This document shows positions 16,578-18,418 of a DNA stretch of 18,418 nt, piece after piece. Location: NCBI GenBank assembly GCA_900540865.1, contig UQHH01000055.1:1-18418 (forward strand), given 5' to 3'. This DNA is from an uncultured Oscillospiraceae bacterium. Its GTDB lineage: Bacteria; Bacillota; Clostridia; Oscillospirales; Acutalibacteraceae. Position 1 is the first letter of the stretch. Every line of letters starts with the position of its first letter. Under the pieces are notes generated by a model. The model saw nothing but the letters and a program-made list of their open reading frames with translations, was not told the origin of the DNA and did not search any database. Both the position numbers and the translations under genes were made by a program.

Positions 16578-16773
16578 TTTTTTTAATGAAGCATACTGCT
16601 TCTTGTTTTTCTTCATGAATTTTTCTATGTAGGTACAGTTCTTTCCTTGTATATGGAGTACTTCATAGGTGCGGTACCTCCTTATACGGTTTACTGGTAA
16701 CGGCATAATTTCAGTAAATAGAAGAATTTATTCTGCAATTTGCTGATGTGCCGTTTTACTGGTTTTCTGTCTG

Positions 16774-17142
16774 CTAGACAATATTTACGGGGAACGGTAG
16801 GGCATCTTCCAGTAAGGCCGCAAGCATCAGGCGCGCCCCCAGCCGGTAGCCCTGCGTAAAGCTTTCTATACTCGCTATGTCCAGCAAGTCCTGCTGGCCT
16901 TTCTCCAGATATTCGGTAAACAGCGCCTCGTGCTCTTTGCCGAGCTGCCTCAATATTTCGTCCTCCGGTTTTTTCATCCTCTCTACAGCCTTCTGGTATG
17001 CGGGCGTTGATTTCAAGATACCGGGCTTGATGTCCCCGTAATATAGCTGTTCCAGAATAGGCGTGCTTTCTTCCGCCTTCTGTTCGGGAATACCGCTTTC
17101 CTTTATAAACGGCTGGGTCTGTGCCTTTTTCTCCTTTTTCAT
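16774..17142 (-). CDS. Hypothetical protein, 122 aa. Lys/Glu-rich N-terminus, conserved YYGDIKPG segment, helical C-terminus. Third gene of a three-gene minus-strand cassette.
   Basis: Strong SD (ttGGAGGaagacatATG). The start overlaps the upstream stop (ATGA). No family recognised. Confidence 0.6.
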   Translation of the reverse strand: MKKEKKAQTQPFIKESGIPEQKAEESTPILEQLYYGDIKPGILKSTPAYQKAVERMKKPEDEILRQLGKEHEALFTEYLEKGQQDLLDIASIESFTQGYRLGARLMLAALLEDALPFPVNIV

Positions 17143-17456
17143 ATGTCTTCCTCCAACTGCTCTATGTCATTCTGCCTGCCGCAGCAGGATTTCAGCATAT
17201 TTGTGACAAAGCCGTATCCATTGCCTATGTCATCGTACGCACAGCTTTTATTTAGACACCAATGCACGCACGCCAGGACAAAACGATTTATTTGAAAGTT
17301 ACGCTGCTTTCTGTCCATATCCAGTTCGTCGTCGAGCAGCAGGTAGTTTTCAAAGCATCCTACCGCAAAGCCGATTTGCTCCAAAATCTTGTTATCCAGC
17401 AAAAACGGGTAGTTACTTTCATCATAGGGCGGCGGTAATTTCAATTCTAAATTCAT
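17139..17456 (-). CDS. Hypothetical small protein, 105 aa, paralogous to the gene immediately upstream (shared LE.IGFA N-terminal motif, conserved Cys positions, LKSCCGRQN C-terminal motif).
   Basis: SD GGGAGG 8 nt before the ATG. The start abuts the upstream stop (no gap). The paralogy is seen by aligning the two translations by eye. Confidence 0.6.
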   Translation of the reverse strand: MNLELKLPPPYDESNYPFLLDNKILEQIGFAVGCFENYLLLDDELDMDRKQRNFQINRFVLACVHWCLNKSCAYDDIGNGYGFVTNMLKSCCGRQNDIEQLEEDI

Positions 17457-17753
17457 TTAATTTTCCTCCCTTATCTTTTTATTCTGTTTCCCGCAGCTTA
17501 ATTTCAGGCACAAAGCAATCGTTTCACAAGCGTCTTCTGCTTCCGTTTCCCTGTCACAGGCGCAGAGGCTTGCCGCCAAATATGCAAGGCAAAAATAATC
17601 TTCATACTCAGACTTTCCAAACGGTACCACGTCAAACACACGGAAAATATTAAACGCCCTGCTTGCAAACCCGATTTTCTCGAGCACGCCTGTATCAAGC
17701 TCCGTTTCCTCCAACAGCTCTAAAAGCACTTTCTTTTCCACCATGTCATTCAT
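17457..17753 (-). CDS. Hypothetical small protein, 98 aa (from the second ATG), Cys-containing (C-x8-C-x-C-x8-C ... LKLSCGKQN). First gene of the cassette operon.
   Basis: GGAGG lies 6 nt before the second ATG (17753); the first ATG (17759) directly abuts the SD. Paralogous to the 17139..17456 product. A perfect TATAAT -10 lies on the minus strand at 17820-17825. Confidence 0.6.
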   Translation of the reverse strand: MNDMVEKKVLLELLEETELDTGVLEKIGFASRAFNIFRVFDVVPFGKSEYEDYFCLAYLAASLCACDRETEAEDACETIALCLKLSCGKQNKKIREEN

Positions 17754-17831
17754 AAACATCCTCCTAGAAAATTAAGCTATGGCAACTTAAAACAAATGCT
17801 AAATAAATGTCTAACAAATATTATAAGCGTT

Positions 17832-17897
17832 TGTTTTGTGTTCTTTAATTTTGAATATACCACACTTGTGTTCTGTTTGCAACACTTTTGTGGTGTT
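17832..17897. promoter_or_regulatory. Divergent promoter/operator region between the cassette operon (-) and the XRE gene (+): reiterated TTGTGTT / ACACTT(TT)GTGGTGTT motifs and a GTGTT-N8-AACAC dyad; candidate binding sites for the adjacent XRE regulator.
   Basis: Direct repeats ACACTTGTGTT (17862-17872) and ACACTTTTGTGGTGTT (17882-17897); TTGTGTT also at 17836-17842; dyad GTGTTctgtttgcAACAC at 17868-17885. All read from the sequence. Confidence 0.3.
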
Positions 17898-17927
17898 TTA
17901 TGTTATAAAATTTCTGGAGGTGACAAA

Positions 17928-18149
17928 ATGTACTATTATACAGAAAGGCTTACAAATTTAAGAGAAAAAAATGGTTTGACAAAAAAACAGGTTGCAGATG
18001 CAATAGGAGTAAAACCGGAGCAATACAGGCGCTATGAAATTGGACAAAATGAAATAAAGGCAAGTCACATTGTGAAATTTGCTGAATTCTATCATGTTTC
18101 TGCTGACTATATTTTGGGATTAACAAAGGATAAAAGAAAATTTTGGTGA
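17928..18149 (+). CDS. XRE-family (Cro/cI-type) helix-turn-helix transcriptional regulator, 73 aa.
   Basis: HTH_3 signature (LRELREKNGLTKKQVADAIGVKPEQYRRYEIGQNEIKASHIVKFAEFYHVSADYILG). SD GGAGGTGA 7 nt before the ATG at 17928; the ORF track's start at 17796 is an upstream in-frame extension without an SD. Confidence 0.8.
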   Translation: MYYYTERLTNLREKNGLTKKQVADAIGVKPEQYRRYEIGQNEIKASHIVKFAEFYHVSADYILGLTKDKRKFW

Positions 18150-18156
18150 AAATACT

Positions 18157-18391
18157 TCACTCACAAAGTATTCCGCGCGAAGGCGCGGCGCTGAGCGGTC
18201 CCGTAGTATCTTTTCTACAACCCGTACATAAAACGAGGAACGGACAAGCTGTCTATAAAACGGGGATGGTAAGGGGCGCAGCCCCTTGCTCGGCTGGAAA
18301 GGGTCAAGGGAAAACCTGCGACGAGGTTTTCCCTGTCGGCGGAAAGGTGATTGCAAAAGAGGAAAACCGCCGAAACGGTTTCCCTCTTTTG
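18157..18391 (+). repeat. Copy B of the ~235-bp hairpin-dense element, inverted relative to copy A. It lies immediately 3' of the XRE gene and 5' of an MKK... ORF start at 18411 that is cut by the window end.
   Basis: See copy A. Identical stems, with differences concentrated in loops. The terminal 16-bp stem shows two compensatory base-pair swaps relative to copy A (G-C/A-U changed to A-U/G-C). Confidence 0.6.
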
Positions 18392-18418
18392 AATAAACAT
18401 ATAAAGTTTTATGAAGAA

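Noticed and set aside
16341-18391. Insertion sequence / composite transposon interpretation of the long inverted repeats
   Set aside because: No transposase, integrase or recombinase ORF lies between or adjacent within the window. The IRs are far longer and more structured than typical IS terminal repeats. Kept as a structured-repeat finding instead.
1-18418. tRNA, rRNA, CRISPR arrays
   Set aside because: No cloverleaf-like conserved tRNA segments (GTTCxAxxC T-loop context), rRNA-like blocks or regularly spaced short direct repeats were found on reading through both strands.

Overview
High-GC Clostridia-like chromosomal segment (probably Oscillospiraceae/Ruminococcaceae, judged from codon usage and gene content only). 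No rRNA, tRNA or CRISPR array was recognised. Supported genes, left to right: a polytopic membrane protein with a Cys-rich tail (+); a large secreted CotH-family protein carrying two C-terminal starch-binding-type (CBM25/26-like) repeats (+); two translationally coupled membrane-anchored GGDEF diguanylate cyclases (-); a minus-strand operon of DUF1836/MerR-like HTH protein, NfeD, flotillin (FloT-like) and a 60-aa membrane peptide, closed by a perfect bidirectional terminator; a 1082-aa fusion of an EndoQ-like PHP nuclease with a complete UvrD/PcrA-type SF1 helicase (+); PerR-like Fur regulator plus reverse rubrerythrin (-); and a CE4 polysaccharide deacetylase followed by an atypical Amidase_3 protein (+), a pairing resembling the PdaA/CwlD spore-cortex functions. 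The last ~2.3 kb (16.1-18.4 kb) is visibly more AT-rich than the rest. It holds the most unusual structure in the window: two ~235-bp, ~88% identical, hairpin-dense elements in inverted orientation. Compensatory base-pair changes between the copies preserve a 16-bp stem, so this is a candidate structured ncRNA or cis-element family. The elements bracket a compact cassette consisting of an XRE-family HTH regulator gene divergent from three tightly coupled small genes, two of which are paralogous Cys-containing ~100-aa proteins without recognisable family. Each element is followed on its outward side by a short Lys-rich MKK... ORF start, one of which is cut by the window end.
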